64,000 nt of DNA, from assembly GCA_048213135.1 (NCBI GenBank), contig PS015289.1, forward strand, positions 17,499 through 81,498. Reading direction: 5' to 3'. Under the pieces are notes generated by a model. That model had not been told where the DNA came from. It did not search any database and saw nothing but the letters and a program-made list of their open reading frames with translations. This DNA comes from Reclinomonas americana ATCC 50394 (lineage: Eukaryota). The first letter of the stretch is position 1. Each line of letters starts with the position of its first letter. The translations under genes were made by a program, and so were the position numbers. Shown here in pieces: positions 10,055-24,206 of this stretch.

Positions 10055-13000
10055 GATGACATGACATTTCTCATTCACAAACCTTCACTCGTCATCTTCG
10101 GCGAGTTGGCCCGCACATTGAAGGATTTTTTCGTCATGTTGCCGTACACCTGCGGGAGAGACGGTTGATTGAGAAGAGCGTGGCGGGAGGCAGGAAGAGG
10201 AGATATAGAAAGATCGTCACTGCAAGAGCAGACGCACAGAGGCGTTTTGTGGAAAAGGAGTGCGACGCACAAGGGAGGACGTGTGGAACAGCGGAGAGGA
10301 GTGCAGAGACGGATCGAGGAAGATGCTGACTGGAAGAGCACATGTTCTTGATGAGAAAAGAGGACAACAGGAGGAGCTGCGGAGAGGAGTGCAGAGACAA
10401 ACAGCGGAAGATGCTGACTGGATGATCAAATGTCTTTGATGAGAGCAGATGGAACAGCGGAGAGGAGTGCAGAGACAGCCAAAGGAAGACATTGATCGGA
10501 AGGGCACTTGACTGTGAAGCATCTTGTGAATGACAAAAGCGCGGCGCAGAGTACGACGGATGGAATGGCGGAGAGCGGATGAAGGAAGACACTGACAAGC
10601 GACAGGAGATGACGCGTCACTGAAGTAGAATAAGAGGAGACGGATGAGTGGAGCCTCGCAGACAATGAGAGCAGTTTGCGCGCGGCAGTGAGAGACAAGC
10701 GGAACGCGCGACAGAACAAGAAGCGGCACGCCACACTGTTTGCTACCAGGCAGAAAAAAGCTGATGTCTCGTTTCAGGACAAGACTGACAATGACTGCGC
10801 GCTGCGCGTAACGCTTTGCACCGAGACTCATACCGCCTCACACACGCAACTTGATGGTACTCTCCAGGCCCGCACGGGGTCACCGTCTTGTGGCAAAACA
10901 CCAAGTCCGATTTCAGAGTCGCTGTGGCGAGAGAGAGACACGTAAGCAAACCGTGAAGAGGGCGAAGAGCTGGAGGGAGTGCGAAGCGGGAAGAGAGAGC
11001 GGTGGTACTGACACGAGCGAGAGAAAGGAGAGAGTGAGGGTGTGAAAAGAGAGAGAGAGAGAGCCAGGGGAAGCGAGAAAGCGACCAGTGGCTGGAGTGA
11101 GCGAAAGATAATGGAGGTGAACGCATTGAGATGCAGTAAAGGAGAGGGGGAATGATTCAACGGGACAGAACGCGACGAGGGCAAGGGTGAACAGACAGAG
11201 TGAGATTCACAGAGCACGAGACAGAGAACACAATCGAATGCTGAGAACGAATGATGGACAGAGAGAGGCAGAGGAGAGTGTGTTTGTGACACACACATAG
11301 AGAAGAGGAATGGGGGGAGAGAGAGAGAGGACGGGCAGAGAGTAGGGAGAATGAAGAAACTGTGAGTGAGAGTGAGAGTGAGAGATAGAGGAGGAAGAGA
11401 CAGACACAATCGCAGCATATAGACAGAGGGCAAGATGCGCGGGTTTACGTTGGAAGAAGAGAGAAAGACACAGTGATGAGAGAGAGGGGAGAGTGAGAGG
11501 GCGGAAACTGAGAAGGCAGCACTGATTGACACAGCACAGAGAGAGAGAGAGAGAGCGAGAGAGAGCGAGAGAGAGCGAGAGCACGAGAGAGAGAGGAGGG
11601 GGAGACAGAGAAAGACGAAGTGAGATCAGAGAGAGAGAGAGAGGAGGGAGAGAGAGAGGGAGAGACAGAGAGAAAGACAAAGAGACAGAGAGCGAGTGAG
11701 AGAGAGAGAGAGCGGAATGTGAGAAGGCAGCGCTGATTGAGACAGCAGAGTGAGAGAGAGCGAGAGAGAGAGAGAGAGCACGAGAGAGAGAGAGGAGGGG
11801 AGACAGAAAGACAAAGTGAGATCAGAGAGAGAGAGATAGAGAGAGAGCGGAAGGTGCGAAGGCAGCATTGATTGAGACAGCAGAGAGAGAGAGAGAGCAT
11901 GAGAGAGAGAGAGCATGAGAGACACACAGAGAGAGAGGGAAGCAGTGGAAGAGAGTGAACCGCAAATGAGAAACCGCATCGGAATGGTAAGTCTGAAATG
12001 AATTGTGCAATCACAAACGGACGATCGCCAAGCGGAATCCCAAACAACAAACACACAAACACACAAGACACAGACACAAAAACAACAACAAAGAAGGAAA
12101 AAACACACACACACACACAACATCATGACAACGAAATAAGACAAAAATGCACGCAAGAGTGTGTGCGTGCGTGTGTGTGTCTCTGTGTGTGAGAGTGCGT
12201 GTGTGTCTCTGTGTGTGTGAGTCACCATTGGTCCAGCCTGAGCGATTCTCCGGTCCATCCGCTCGCGGCGGAGCGCCCTTCTTCTTCTCCACACGGAACT
12301 GACTGGGTGCAGCATATGCACCCTGCGAAAGCACACACGCATAAACAAACAAACAAACAAGAAAGAAAGAGAGTGCGTGCGTGTGAGTGATGTCATGTCA
12401 GCTCTCTCACAAAACGAACGATTCTGTCTCGTGTGTGTGTGTGTGTGACGCAACTGGTCCGGGTACGCGGTTCTTGTCCTTCTCAAACCGGTCGGAGCAG
12501 TCGAAGAACATTTCGTGTGTGCGTGCCTTGAGTGCGAGTGCGTGAGATAAGTTGCGTGCCGGTTCGTTGGTTTGGAAGAGTGGATGTTCGGAATTCTGCG
12601 GTGCAGAGGTGCAGCGTCATTGTGCGACGGGAAAGGTGCATGACAGTTACCGCATTAATGAGCAGGTTTGTGTGCATACGCAGACGCCTCGTAAACAGAG
12701 TGAGTGAAAATTTCAAATTCGACCTTTCCGGTTTTTGGTACAACACGAACTCCACCTTCTGATTCTCTCGTATCACGTTCTCTGCACCACACCAGCTATA
12801 CCGCCGTCACTGCTTTGCCCACTCACGCCATTCCGATTTCCCTATCCTAACCTTTACTTTCCCCCCTCCAGTCAGTCGACCCACACCAGACGAACCGATT
12901 GGGCGATCGGATTATTGTAACTCACTTTCCCACGCGCAACTCTCTCGCCCAAGCCCACACGCGTGGTATCCGAAAGGCAGCAGCGAACCGGGTGCGCCTC
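9413..13000 (-). CDS. SHIPPO/PGPGxY-repeat protein (ODF3/STPG-like, usually ciliary); 5' end uncertain
   Basis: Splicing from donor 12454 to acceptor 12323 rebuilds DRFEKDKNRVPGP|GAY. The exon at ~10851-10920 gives TPCGPGEYHQ, which joins VYGNMTKKSFN. The last exon is Ser/Pro-rich and ends at 9413. Confidence 0.55.
10230..10600. repeat. Intronic minisatellite
   Basis: Repeated CGGAGAGGAGTGCAGAGAC ... GAAGATGCTGACTGGA blocks. Confidence 0.6.
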
Positions 13001-13650
13001 CTCCCCCCTCACACCCACTCTCTCCGTGTGCACGTGCATGCGTGTGCGTGTGCGTGTGAAAGAGATGTNNNNNNNNNNNNNNNNNNNNNNNNNNNNNNNN
13101 NNNNNNNNNNNNNNNNNNNNNNNNNNNNNNNNNNNNNNNNNNNNNNNNNNNNNNNNNNNNNNNNNNNNNNNNNNNNNNNNNNNNNNNNNNNNNNNNNNNN
13201 NNNNNNNNNNNNNNNNNNNNNNNNNNNNNNNNNNNNNNNNNNNNNNNNNNNNNNNNNNNNNNNNNNNNNNNNNNNNNNNNNNNNNNNNNNNNNNNNNNNN
13301 NNNNNNNNNNNNNNNNNNNNNNNNNNNNNNNNNNNNNNNNNNNNNNNNNNNNNNNNNNNNNNNNNNNNNNNNNNNNNNNNNNNNNNNNNNNNNNNNNNNN
13401 NNNNNNNNNNNNNNNNNNNNNNNNNNNNNNNNNNNNNNNNNNNNNNNNNNNNNNNNNNNNNNNNNNNNNNNNNNNNNNNNNNNNNNNNNNNNNNNNNNNN
13501 NNNNNNNNNNNNNNNNNNNNNNNNNNNNNNNNNNNNNNNNNNNNNNNNNNNNNNNNNNNNNNNNNNNNNNNNNNNNNNNNNNNNNNNNNNNNNNNNNNNN
13601 NNNNNNNNNNNNNNNNNNNNNNNNNNNNNNNNNNNNCACTCACTTTCGCC

Positions 13651-16600
13651 ATGTCCGATCCTCTCTCCTCCTCAGCAGCAGAGATGAGTGAACGCTGGAT
13701 GAGCGCATCGCCGGGCATCGGCATGCGTCGCGAGCACACGCCCTCGCATCTCACACGCGGCCGCTCCATGCCCTCCACCACCACCACCTCGACCCGAATT
13801 TCCGTGCAACCTCCACCGCCTCCTCCACCTCCGCCGCAATCCCGCCTCGGCCCGCTCTCCTCGACACGTCGACATGGCGGCGCGTCCCCCGTCGCCTCCA
13901 CCGTCCCATCCGCCTCAGGGAACGTCATGGCGGCGGCCGCCGCGCGACGTCGCTCGCTGCTCGCGACGGCGCAGACGATGCCGCGACGACGTTCAGTGTC
14001 GCCGCCAACGTCGGCTGCTGGGAACAGAGCGCAGAGTCCTGCTGCAGGAGCGTCCTATGAGGCTCCGCGGAAGCTCATGGCGAATGAGTTGGCCATGTTG
14101 CAGCAGTACTTGCGGCATGGATTTTCGTGTTTGGTGAATGTGTTGGGCGGGAAACGCGTGGTGTCGACCTATATTGAGTTGCGTTGTGTGTGTGGAAGGG
14201 AGAGAGAGAGAGGAGAGAGAGAGAGACGAGAGAGAGACGAGAGAGAGATTGTTCGGAAATTCGGTGGTGGTTGGCATTTGTGTGTGTCGGATTTCTTACG
14301 CAGATAGTGAGTGAGCGAGAGATGCGCTCGTGTGTGCGCTGTCTGCGTCGTGCGATGGTCGCGTTGAGAGGGCGGGGAAGAGATGGGGATCGCCTCCAGT
14401 TTCCCGACTTCAGTTTCGCTTGAGTGAGGAAGAGAAAGATCATCACCACGCAGGCACACTCTCCTGTTTCACACCCTCAGTTCCTTGCGACAGTCGCGTG
14501 GAGAGGAGAGGAACAGATAGATCGTCACTGGTTCAGTTTCCTGTGAGAGATCATCTCCGCACAGACACGTTCTCCTGTTTCGCTTCTTGCGACTGTCGCG
14601 TTGAGTGGGTGAGGAAGAGACAGAGATCACCACACAAGCGCGTGCACACGCTCAGCTTCTCGCGACAGTCGAGTTGAGAGGAGAGGGACAGACAGATCAT
14701 CATTGGCTGTGACAGTCGCATCGAGTGAGGAAGAGGCAGAGACCAACTCCGCACAGGCACGTTCTCCTGTTTCGTTTCTTGCGACTGTCGCGTGGAGAGG
14801 ATGCAGAATAGATGGAGATCGCCTCGAGTTCTTCAGTTTTTGCTGCAATGAGTGAGGCAGAGAAATCATCCCGCAGGCGCGCTCGCCTTCTTTGCGTACT
14901 CGCGACAGTCTCGTGGCGATGGTTGCCACACCGTACGTTCTCTCGGTTTCCTGTGTCTGTCGCATCGAGGGCAGGAGGGTGAGAAATCATCTCCGCACAG
15001 GCTCGTTCTCCTGTTTCGCTCCTTGCGTCAGTCGCGTGGAGAGGAGAAGAACAGAAAGAGCATCAGTTTCCTTACAGTCGCACTTAGTGAGGGACACATA
15101 CAGCCTCGCTCGCCAGCTTCGAAGTGCCTTCAATTTCTTGGGACAGTCGCGGTTAGAAAAGACGCAGGAAGAGATCTCCTCCAGTTTCACTTTTCTAGGG
15201 CAGACACGTCGAGGGAGACATGATCGTTGCCATACAGGCAAACTCTCCTTTCGCACACCCTCAGTTTCCTGCGACAGTCGTAGAGAGGAGATGAGGCAGA
15301 CACGTCACGGATCGTCGCCAGTGAGACACGCACACGCACACTTCCTATTTCTGTGAAAGAACACGCAGAAGTCGAAGCCAGTGGTGTTTCGTGCGAAGGA
15401 ACAGAGACTAGAAGACTCGCAGACATTCACTCACGCGTATTTGCATTGCTTGTTGCGAGACTCTGTAGAACAGCCTCCCTCCCTCCCTCTCTCCCTCCCC
15501 CTCCCCTCCCTCCCTCCCTCCCTCCCTCCCTCCCTCTCCTCCTCCCTCTCCCCTCACCTCCCTCTTCCCCCTTAATCCCCCTCTCACCCCCTTCCCCCTC
15601 CTTACGCAGCTCCGCCACCGGCGTCCAATACGACCACTACGACCTCACCAACGAAGGCTGGCCACTCGGCCTCCGTGTCACCACCTTCACGTTTGCGTTC
15701 TGGGAGCACCCCGACAGCATCCAGGCCGGCTGCTGCGGCACTCGCCAACCGCGCCAACTCTCCAAGACCTACTACATCCACTCGAAACTCGAAGTGACGC
15801 TCGACCGCAGCACCGGCATTATCAGCATTCGCGACTTGCGCGCCCCCAATTTTGTAATCATGTTTACCACCGACAATCCGTTCCTGGTGGAGGCCGCGTT
15901 TCGCGGGTTGATTGAGTCCAGCAGGTTTGTTTGAGGGACACAGAGAGGGAGGGAGGGAGAGAGATAGAAAGAGAAGAGGAAAGCACGCGCACAAACAAAC
16001 AGAGATATCCCTCACTCACCGTTTGCCTTGTCTCTCTCTCCCTCTCCACTGCCGTTTGCTTCTGTCTCTATCTTTCTCTCAATTTGCCTCTCTCGCCGAT
16101 CGTCTCTGTCTCTCTCGCCGCTCGTCTGTCTCTCTCGTCGTTTGCGCTGCCTCTCTCGTCGTTTGCTCTGCCTCTCTCTCCACTCGTCTGTGTCTCTCTC
16201 GCCGCTCGCTGTGTCTTTCTCGCCGCTCGTCTGTGTCTCTCTCGTCGCTCGTCTGTGTCTCTCTCGTCGCTCGTCTGTGTCTCTCTCGTCGCTCGTCTGT
16301 CTCTTCTCGCCGCTCGTCTGTGTCTCTCTCGCCGCTCGTCTGTGTCTCTCTCGCCGCTCGTCTGTGTCTCTCTCGCTGTTCGTTTTATCTCTCTCCGCTG
16401 ATCATCGTCTCTCGTTTTTAGTCTTATGTCACGCTCATCGATTGTTTCTGTCTTACTCGCCGCTCGTCTCTCTCTCGCCACTCTCTCTATCTCTCCCACT
16501 CTCTCCCACTTCTTCCCCTTTTCCTCCCTTCCCCTCAAACCCCTTCCCCTAATATCCCTTTCCCTTGTGTAGGTTTGTCGAGGAGTACGTGTTCCTCGGC

Positions 16601-19600
16601 GCCCCTGGCGTCTTCCGCTTCGAGAGCCGCGGCATGAAGGTCGGCCTCGACGCCGAACCCGCGATTGCCGCCACCTCATACGGCGGCGGCGGCGGCGCCA
16701 GTGGCATTGGCGGCGTGGGACGCACGCTACCCATGTCCACACCGCGCACGCTGACTGCTATGGCACGGCGGCAGGCTCCACTGTTGGAGAGCCGCTCTGC
16801 CACCACCGCCATGGCGCGGCCACAGCGAGCCATCACTGGTCAAGTGGACCAGCAGCAGCTGCAGCAGCAGCAGCAAGAGGAGCAGCGCATGAACAGCTTT
16901 ATGGAGACGGAAGACGAGGCGCCGTTCTCAGGTCGCTCTGGCTCGCCGCCACCCATGGGTGCCGGCTTGGCCGAGTTCCGCGGACGCAACCTGGAGATGC
17001 CGTTGCATCCGAATCCGTCCACCATTCCCACCAGCGGCCACTCGACCGTCGCTGGCTCTATTGTGGGGCCGCCCAAGACGCAGATTGACATGCTGCTCGG
17101 GCGCCGTCCTGTGCCCGGCGGTCTCTCGCTGCCCGAGCCCATGTCGCCACCGGGCACGGTGGGTGTCATGGGTGCACCGGCGCCTCCGCCAATGCCCAAG
17201 ATGCCGAGCTCGGCCATTGGAGCACCGGGACCCGCTGCGTCGCGCGAGACGGGCACGAGCACGCCCACTGGATTTTACGATGCGTCGTCGGCGGCGGCGG
17301 CGGGAACGGGAGTCGGACAGCAGCCGATTGCCACTCCGCGCTCGCCGGTTCCGCGTGGCACTGGCGGTGTGGTGCCGTCGGTGGTGCCGCCAAGACCGCC
17401 GGTGCAGACGCCGGGATCGCAGTCGGAGAATGCAAGGGATGCGATTCAGAGGTGCGTTGATGGTAATAGGACAGAAGGAAGAGAAAGACGGAGCTTCTCC
17501 TCCTCCTCTCTCGCTTTGCATTTCCTTCTTGATTTGTCTCAGGTTTCCTGCTTTCCTTATCTCTCGCTCTCCTCTTCTTTTCTTATTCTCGTCTTTCTCT
17601 CTCTGCTCTCACACTCTGCTCTCGCTCTCGCATTCACCTCTTGCATTCCCCTCTCTCTCCTCTCGCTCTCTCCTCNNNNNNNNNNNNNNNNNNNNNNNNN
17701 NNNNNNNNNNNNNNNNNNNNNNNNNNNNNNNNNNNNNNNNNNNNNNNNNNNNNNNNNNNNNNNNNNNNNNNNNNNNNNNNNNNNNNNNNNNNNNNNNNNN
17801 NNNNNNNNNNNNNNNNNNNNNNNNNNNNNNNNNNNNNNNNNNNNNNNNNNNNNNNNNNNNNNNNNNNNNNNNNNNNNNNNNNNNNNNNNNNNNNNNNNNN
17901 NNNNNNNNNNNNNNNNNNNNNNNNNNNNNNNNNNNNNNNNNNNNNNNNNNNNNNNNNNNNNNNNNNNNNNNNNNNNNNNNNNNNNNNNNNNNNNNNNNNN
18001 NNNNNNNNNNNNNNNNNNNNNNNNNNNNNNNNNNNNNNNNNNNNNNNNNNNNNNNNNNNNNNNNNNNNNNNNNNNNNNNNNNNNNNNNNNNNNNNNNNNN
18101 NNNNNNNNNNNNNNNNNNNNNNNNNNNNNNNNNNNNNNNNNNNNNNNNNNNNNNNNNNNNNNNNNNNNNNNNNNNNNNNNNNNNNNNNNNNNNNNNNNNN
18201 NNNNNNNNNNNNNNNNNNNNNNNNNNNNNNNNNNNNNNNNNNNNNNNNNNNNNNNNNNNNNNNNNNNNNNNNNNNNNNNNNNNNNNNTTTTCTCTTTTCT
18301 CTCTTTTCTCTCTTCTCTCTTCTCTCTCTTCTCTCTCGCTCTTCGCTCTCTTTTTCTGTCGTTCTCTCGCTCTCTCCACTCGCTCTCTCGCTTTCTCCTC
18401 TCGCTCTCTCACTCTTTCCTCTCACTCTCTCCTCATCACTTTTCCCCTTTTCCCTTCCCCTTCCCTGTCTCCCGCCTACAGAGCCCGCGAATCCGCCGAC
18501 CGCGCCCGCCACATGGTGGAGGAGAGCAGCCACTCCATTGTCGACATTACCTCGCACTCACCCGTGGCCGGCGGCAACGACTCGCCGCCTCGAACCCGAC
18601 CAACTGGTACATTGACACATCCTTGCCTCCATGCACAACACTCTTCGCCTCACCTTCGCCCCCCCCCCCTCTCTCTCTATGCGACGTAGATGACTGGGGC
18701 CTCACCAATCGCTTCACCACCCCTCACCGACCGCCTCCACTCTCATCCACACTCCCGCCACCACAACCGGCCATGACGACCGATTTCCGTGGTGCTGGTG
18801 CGGCGGCGGCGGCGGCGAATCGCGCCGCTCAGCGAGACGAACCCGCCCTCGCCCAACCGCTGCTACACGACTCGGCGACCGCCGTTCTGTTTGGACGCGC
18901 CGGTAGTGCCGGCAGCGGTGGCATGACTCCCGACCAGGACGTCTTCCAGCCGCCACACGCGGTGCTGACGAATGGCGACGACAAGGAGGTTTGCGTTTGT
19001 GCTGTTTGCTCTCATCCCTCTTCATCCGCCTTCTCACATGATGTCGTTGCAGGGCGCTCTTCGCGAGCTCTTCAAGAAGCAACAGGAGCAGCGTGATGCA
19101 CTGGAGCGTGCGCTGCAGGGCGCGGCGCGTGACACCAATCCGTTTGATTTGTCGGGTGCACTGTCGTCGTCGAGCATCTCGGTGCACGGCACGACACCGA
19201 TGAAGGGCGACGGCAGCGGCGATGTCAACAACCGCGGATCGGAGCGCGACTTTTTCTCGTCGGCGGGCATGACGCGTGACCAGTTGCGTGTTGCCACCGC
19301 CGGTTCCCTCCCTCCCTCCGTCTCTGTTGCTCATCTCTTTCTCTCTCATAACAGAGGCGAGTCCATGCGGTCATCACCGACGGCCTTTGAGCTGAACGTG
19401 CCGACGCCGCGTTTGCCCGAGGAGGAGTCCCTTCGTCGCGACCGCGACCCACCGGCGAGTTACGACTCGAACGCGGAGCAGCTGCCGCCGGAGAATCGCG
19501 CTCCGAGTGGCATGACGGCCACGCAGCTGCAGCAGGAGCGAAACCTGAAGCGTGCTCTCGGCCGCGTCGACCCGCCGGCACCGCTCAGGAACGCCACCAG

Positions 19601-21586
19601 CGAGGGACCGCTCCGCATGCCGTCGGTCGACAGCAGTGGTATTGACACGGCGGCCGAGATGAGTGGCCGCTCCCCTGGCAACCCGAACCCGCCACCGACT
19701 CGTCAGGCGCAGCCACCAGGTGGCGACGCCTCGGCACCGCCTTCGTCGCCTCGCCCGTCATCTGCACCTCGTCCGTCGTCGGTGAAGCGCGTGTCGTTCA
19801 GGGAACCGCAGTCGCCCGACCTGATGACGGAGCCGTCGTTTGCGTCGTCGCCGGTGACCACGGCCAGCGCTGCATCGGAGGCCGCTCGCCGTCTGCGCGA
19901 TGCACGCTCGGCAGCGCACTTGAAGAGCGCCGCCAACGCCATGCAGTCCATTGATTTGGACGCACCAGTGCCGGTGACCTCCATCAATCTGTCCGGTCCC
20001 GCGCCGTCGAGACCCTCCGCAGCGGTGAGTGCTTTGGGAGAATGCACTCTCCTCCCATCACTGCTGTCATTGTGCTCACCATTATCACCTTTCACAGTCC
20101 ACGGCCACGCAAGAGCCTGAGCAGGAGGCTCGCACGACCGAGGAACGCGCATCGCCGCGTGCCGGCGACCACAAGTCGACCAGTCGGCGGCCACAGCTGC
20201 ACACCACTGTTGCGTCGCGCTTCATCGATGCGAGCTCCTTGTTTCCTTCGTCCACTCACCACCACTTGCACCTCCGTTGCAGGGCACCATTCTGCCACCC
20301 CCACCACTGGACCTCGATTTGCCGCCCGTGGAGCCGGCCGAGTTCACGTGGGGTGAAACGCTGCAAAGCACCGACCCGTACCGCCACGACTACTTCCCCA
20401 AGACCGACCCGTGGCAGTCGCGTGGCGCAGCCTCGGAGGACATGCGCCCGCGCCCACCCATGCCTCGTGGCGGCGGTGGTGGTGCCGCTGCTCCCTCTAG
20501 TGGCAATGGTGGTTGGGGCGGTCAGCCTGCGTGGGCGTCGCTTGGCGGTGGCGGTGGTGGCATGTCGGCCATGGATCCAGTGGAGCCGCTGTTCCAGCAG
20601 CAGCCTCGTCGCCCGTTCCAGCATGCCGACCCGAGCATTGCTTCGTCGATGCCGCCGCCAATGCCGCGCGCACCACAGTCGATGGCCACCGATGCCGGCG
20701 GCGACGAGGTGTCGACCGACATGTCTTCGCAGTCGGGATCGCCGCTGTCGTCGCAGCGCAGCAACTCGGGCTACGGACCACCGCAGCCCTCGTCGCAGCC
20801 GACGGACGGACGCGACCTCAATTTCGGTCAGCGCTTCCGCAACCGCGGCGCCCCGGGTGGACGCATGCCACCGACCTCCACCCAGGCCGAGGCATTTGAC
20901 CTGGCGCCGTTGCCGGAGCACTCGCCATTCATCAAGGAGGACGTTCTCGATTGGAGCAAGCAGCGCGCACGACCGCAACAGGCGCCACTGGCACCTCCGG
21001 CGGCGGCGGCGCGCTCCAAGCCCAAGATCGTGACGGTGACGCAGGATTCCGACGCCGACTCGCTCGACTCGGCCGATCTGGAGAGCATCTCCGACATTCC
21101 ACAGCAGCCCGCCAATGGCCACGGCCCGCAGGCGTTTACCTATGGCGGTGGCAGTGCCGGAAGCAGCAACAACAGCAGCAGGAGAGGGTCCGGCTCGCAG
21201 CAACCTCCGTCGTCGCACCAGCAGAATGGCCACGGCGACGACCGACCAACAGTCCCGCCGCTGCAGTTGGGGCGAGTGGGCGGCGACGCGTCTGCGGGTG
21301 GACGGCCATCGGCCACACCAAAGGTTTGTGAGCGGGAGAAGGTGGAGGGCGTTTGTGCAAAGATTACTCATCATATCTCCCACCACAGGGCGGTTCAACA
21401 CCCTCACTGGCCGCCATGAATGGCCAGCTTCCGGTGTCCTCCACGCCGCGCGTGGTGGCATCCGAGCCGACCATCAATCTGACCGGCTCCGGCGTCAATA
21501 TCTCGTCGGGCGGCAGTGGTGGTGGTTTTGTGAAGCCCAGCGACTGGCAGAAGAAGCGCGATCTGACCAGCAACATTACGTTTTAA
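13651..21586 (+). CDS. Large multi-exon Pro/Ser/Gly-rich hypothetical protein with one N-proximal globular (possibly PH-like) domain
   Basis: Phase-compatible exons 13651-14177, 15610-15924, 16573-17451 and several more from 18482, ending at TAA 21586. The globular segment runs RKLMANELAMLQQYLRHGFSC...FLVEAAFRGLIESSRFVEEY; the rest is low-complexity. The start codon follows a gap and may lie further upstream. Confidence 0.65.
14330..15350. repeat. Intronic degenerate repeat carrying the 11-bp palindrome GCGAC(A/T)GTCGC
   Basis: Perfect copies at 14487, 14589 and 14781, with near-copies at ~14662, 14710, 14902, 15025, 15142 and 15271. Interspersed with TTCTCCTGTTTC and ATCATCTCCGCACAG. Confidence 0.65.
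16100..16380. repeat. Intronic ~22-nt tandem repeat
   Basis: Repeated TCTCTCTCG(C/T)CGCTCGTCTGTG. Confidence 0.8.
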
Positions 21587-21787
21587 GTTGCCTGGCTCAG
21601 TGTTGTATTATGTTTTATTTTGGGTGGCGCAAGTGTGTCGTGCGGTGACCACTTGCTTGTAAGAGGAGAGAGGGATGGAATTGGTTTTTTTGAAGTTGTT
21701 TAGCGTGGTGAAAAGAAATGTAGACGATTAATGCTCATAGGGAATATTCATGGAATGGTGGTGGGGTTCTCTCTCTTTCTTCTCGCC

Positions 21788-23870
21788 TCAGTCGGGATCG
21801 ACGAGGAGTCGCGACGACTCCATCTTTTGTGTGGTTGGTAATCTGATTTGGCGGCGGCCGAACAGTGCGTTTACAGAGTTGACAATGTCGGCGGCCTCGT
21901 CGGCGACTGCAAAGGGGAGAAGGGGGAGTGAGGGGAGAATGAGGAGAAGGGGGATTAGGGGGATTAGGGGGAAGGGAGGAGAAGGGGGAAGAAGGAGGAG
22001 AAGGAGGAGAAGGGGGAAATGGAGGAGAAGGGGGGAGAGTGAGATATGAAGAGAATGAAGATGACAAGGGGGAAGGGGGAAGGGAGAAGGAAAGCACAAT
22101 GAGGAGAAGATGCACGAACACGAGGGGATGGAGGAGAAGAGTGAGACATGAGAAAGAACGGAGAAGGGAGGAGAATGTAGACAAGAAGGAAGGAGAGCGC
22201 AATGAAGAATGTGGACAAGAAGGAGGGGATAGGGGCGACGAGTGAGACATGAAAAGAATGAAGATGACAAGGGGGAAGGAGGAAGGGAGGAGAAGGTGGA
22301 CAAGAAGGAAGGAGAGAGCAATGAGGTGAAGAGATGCACGAACAGGAGGGGATGGGGGCGAAGAGTGAGACATCAAGGAGGCGAAGGGTGAGAATGAAGA
22401 TGACAAGGGAGAAGGGGAAGAAGGAGGAGAAGTGGGATGAGGGAGAAGAGGAATGGAAAGCACAATGAGGAGAAGGAGGCGAAGAGCGAGACATGAAAAG
22501 AACGAAGATAACAAGGGGGAAGGGAGGAGAAGGGGGGAGAGTGTGAATAAGAAGGAAGGAGAGAGCAATGAGGAGAAGGTGCACGAACAGGAGGGGATGA
22601 AGGCGAAGAGCGAGACATGAAAAGGACGGAGAAGGGAGGAGAATGAGAACAAGAAGGAAGAGAAGCGCAATGAGGAGAAGATGCACGAACAGGAGGGCAA
22701 GGAGGCGAAGGGTGAGAATGAAGATGACAAGGGGGAAGGGGAAGGGGGAAGGGGGAAGAGAGAAGGAAAGCACAATGAGGAGATGGGGGCGACGAGTGAG
22801 ATCTGAAAAGAATGAAGATGCAAGGAGACAAAGACGTGGGAGAAAGGTGAGAGAGGGGCCAGCATAACAACGACAGAGTCTGTCTCTTCCTCCGCACGCA
22901 ACAATCAATCGGCTCATTCAGCAGCGGCACAAAATCCCGCTCGTTGTCAGGGCTGCCTCCCACCAGGTTAGACTCGGTTCTGCTCATCCTTTCTCACACG
23001 CACTCACCTCAAATGGACGAGACTTGGCATGATCTGCCCGTCGCTGCGCCACCCCAGCTCCGCACCCACGATACCTGGCATTGCGCATGTCAGCATGCAC
23101 AACTCTAACGATCTCGAAACAAGCATTTCTTCCTCTGTACCGTCGATGATCCAGTACGACGCGTTGCGGAAGCATCCGCAGGTGCGCGAGGATCGACGGA
23201 CACCGCCCGTTCCGTTGGCACGCATCGTGTACACGCGAGTGGAGACGAAGCTGCGATGAAAGGGAAGTGAGAGACAAGGATCGGCGCAGAGGGAAAGAGA
23301 GAGAGAGTGACTTCGGGGAAAGGGGATTAACAGACGAGCGAGAGAGTTGACAACAGCTTAGGAGGAGACAGAGCGCATGGAGCGATTCTTGCGTATTCAG
23401 CTCACGCCGCTCGTTAGTTGCACCTCAAGGTACTGCTCCTCCCTCTGCAGCCTCATTCGCTCAAAGTCATCGAGCACCTCCATGCAGCTATTCTTCAGTG
23501 CAGTCAAACAGCACATTGACTGGCCCAGAAGAAAAACGAGAAGCAAGAGATTCAAAACAACATGGCACAAGAAGAGAACCCCAACTGGCAAGATGCAGAA
23601 AGAGAGAGAGACAGAGACAGAGACATACAGAGAGAGAGAGAGAGACCAAGAGACTTTGACGCGAAGGAAAGCCTGCAGCACGTCGCTGGAGTCTGCCAGC
23701 GCTCTTCCACTTCAGTCCTCCCTCTGCCACGCCACTCACCAACAGCGCATGTAACACAGAAACAAGCCCAACACCGACTGCGCTGGCGACAAGTCGTCGT
23801 CCACACGGAAGCTCACTTCCGCGCCCGCTGCGTCTGCGTGCAACAGTGACACTCGGGGCATCTGGAATCA
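21788..23870 (-). CDS. Multi-exon hypothetical protein (5' exons approximate)
   Basis: The exon ending ...FVPLLNEPID|F (donor 22902) joins the last exon ADEAADIVNSVNALFGRRQIRLPTTQKMESSRLLVDPD* (21788-21907). Further coding-like segments lie at 23010-23250, 23430-23500 and 23660-23870. Confidence 0.45.
21990..22850. repeat. Purine-rich intronic minisatellite
   Basis: Recurrent GAATGAAGATGACAAGGG, GCAATGAGGAGAAGATGCACGAAC and GAGACATGAAAAG blocks. Confidence 0.7.
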
Positions 23871-24175
23871 CAACAGTGAGTGTGGCAGGAGGCGTAAGAG
23901 GAGGAGGAGGAGGAAGAGGGGGAGGAGGAGGATGATGATGATGAAGAAGAAGAAGAAGAAAAAGAAGAAAGGAGAGGGAGGAGGAGTGAGAGAAGGATGA
24001 GGAAGAAGGAGAGGAAAAGGAAGAAGAACAAGAAGAAGAAGAACAAGAACAAGAACAAGAACAAGAACAAGAACAAGGAGGAGGAGGAGAGAGGACGAGG
24101 AAAGAGGCGACGAAGAAAGAGGAACATGATCGGTCAGTGATTATGCGGCCACAGATTGAATGAATGAGCGGGGAA

Positions 24176-24206
<31 letters not shown>

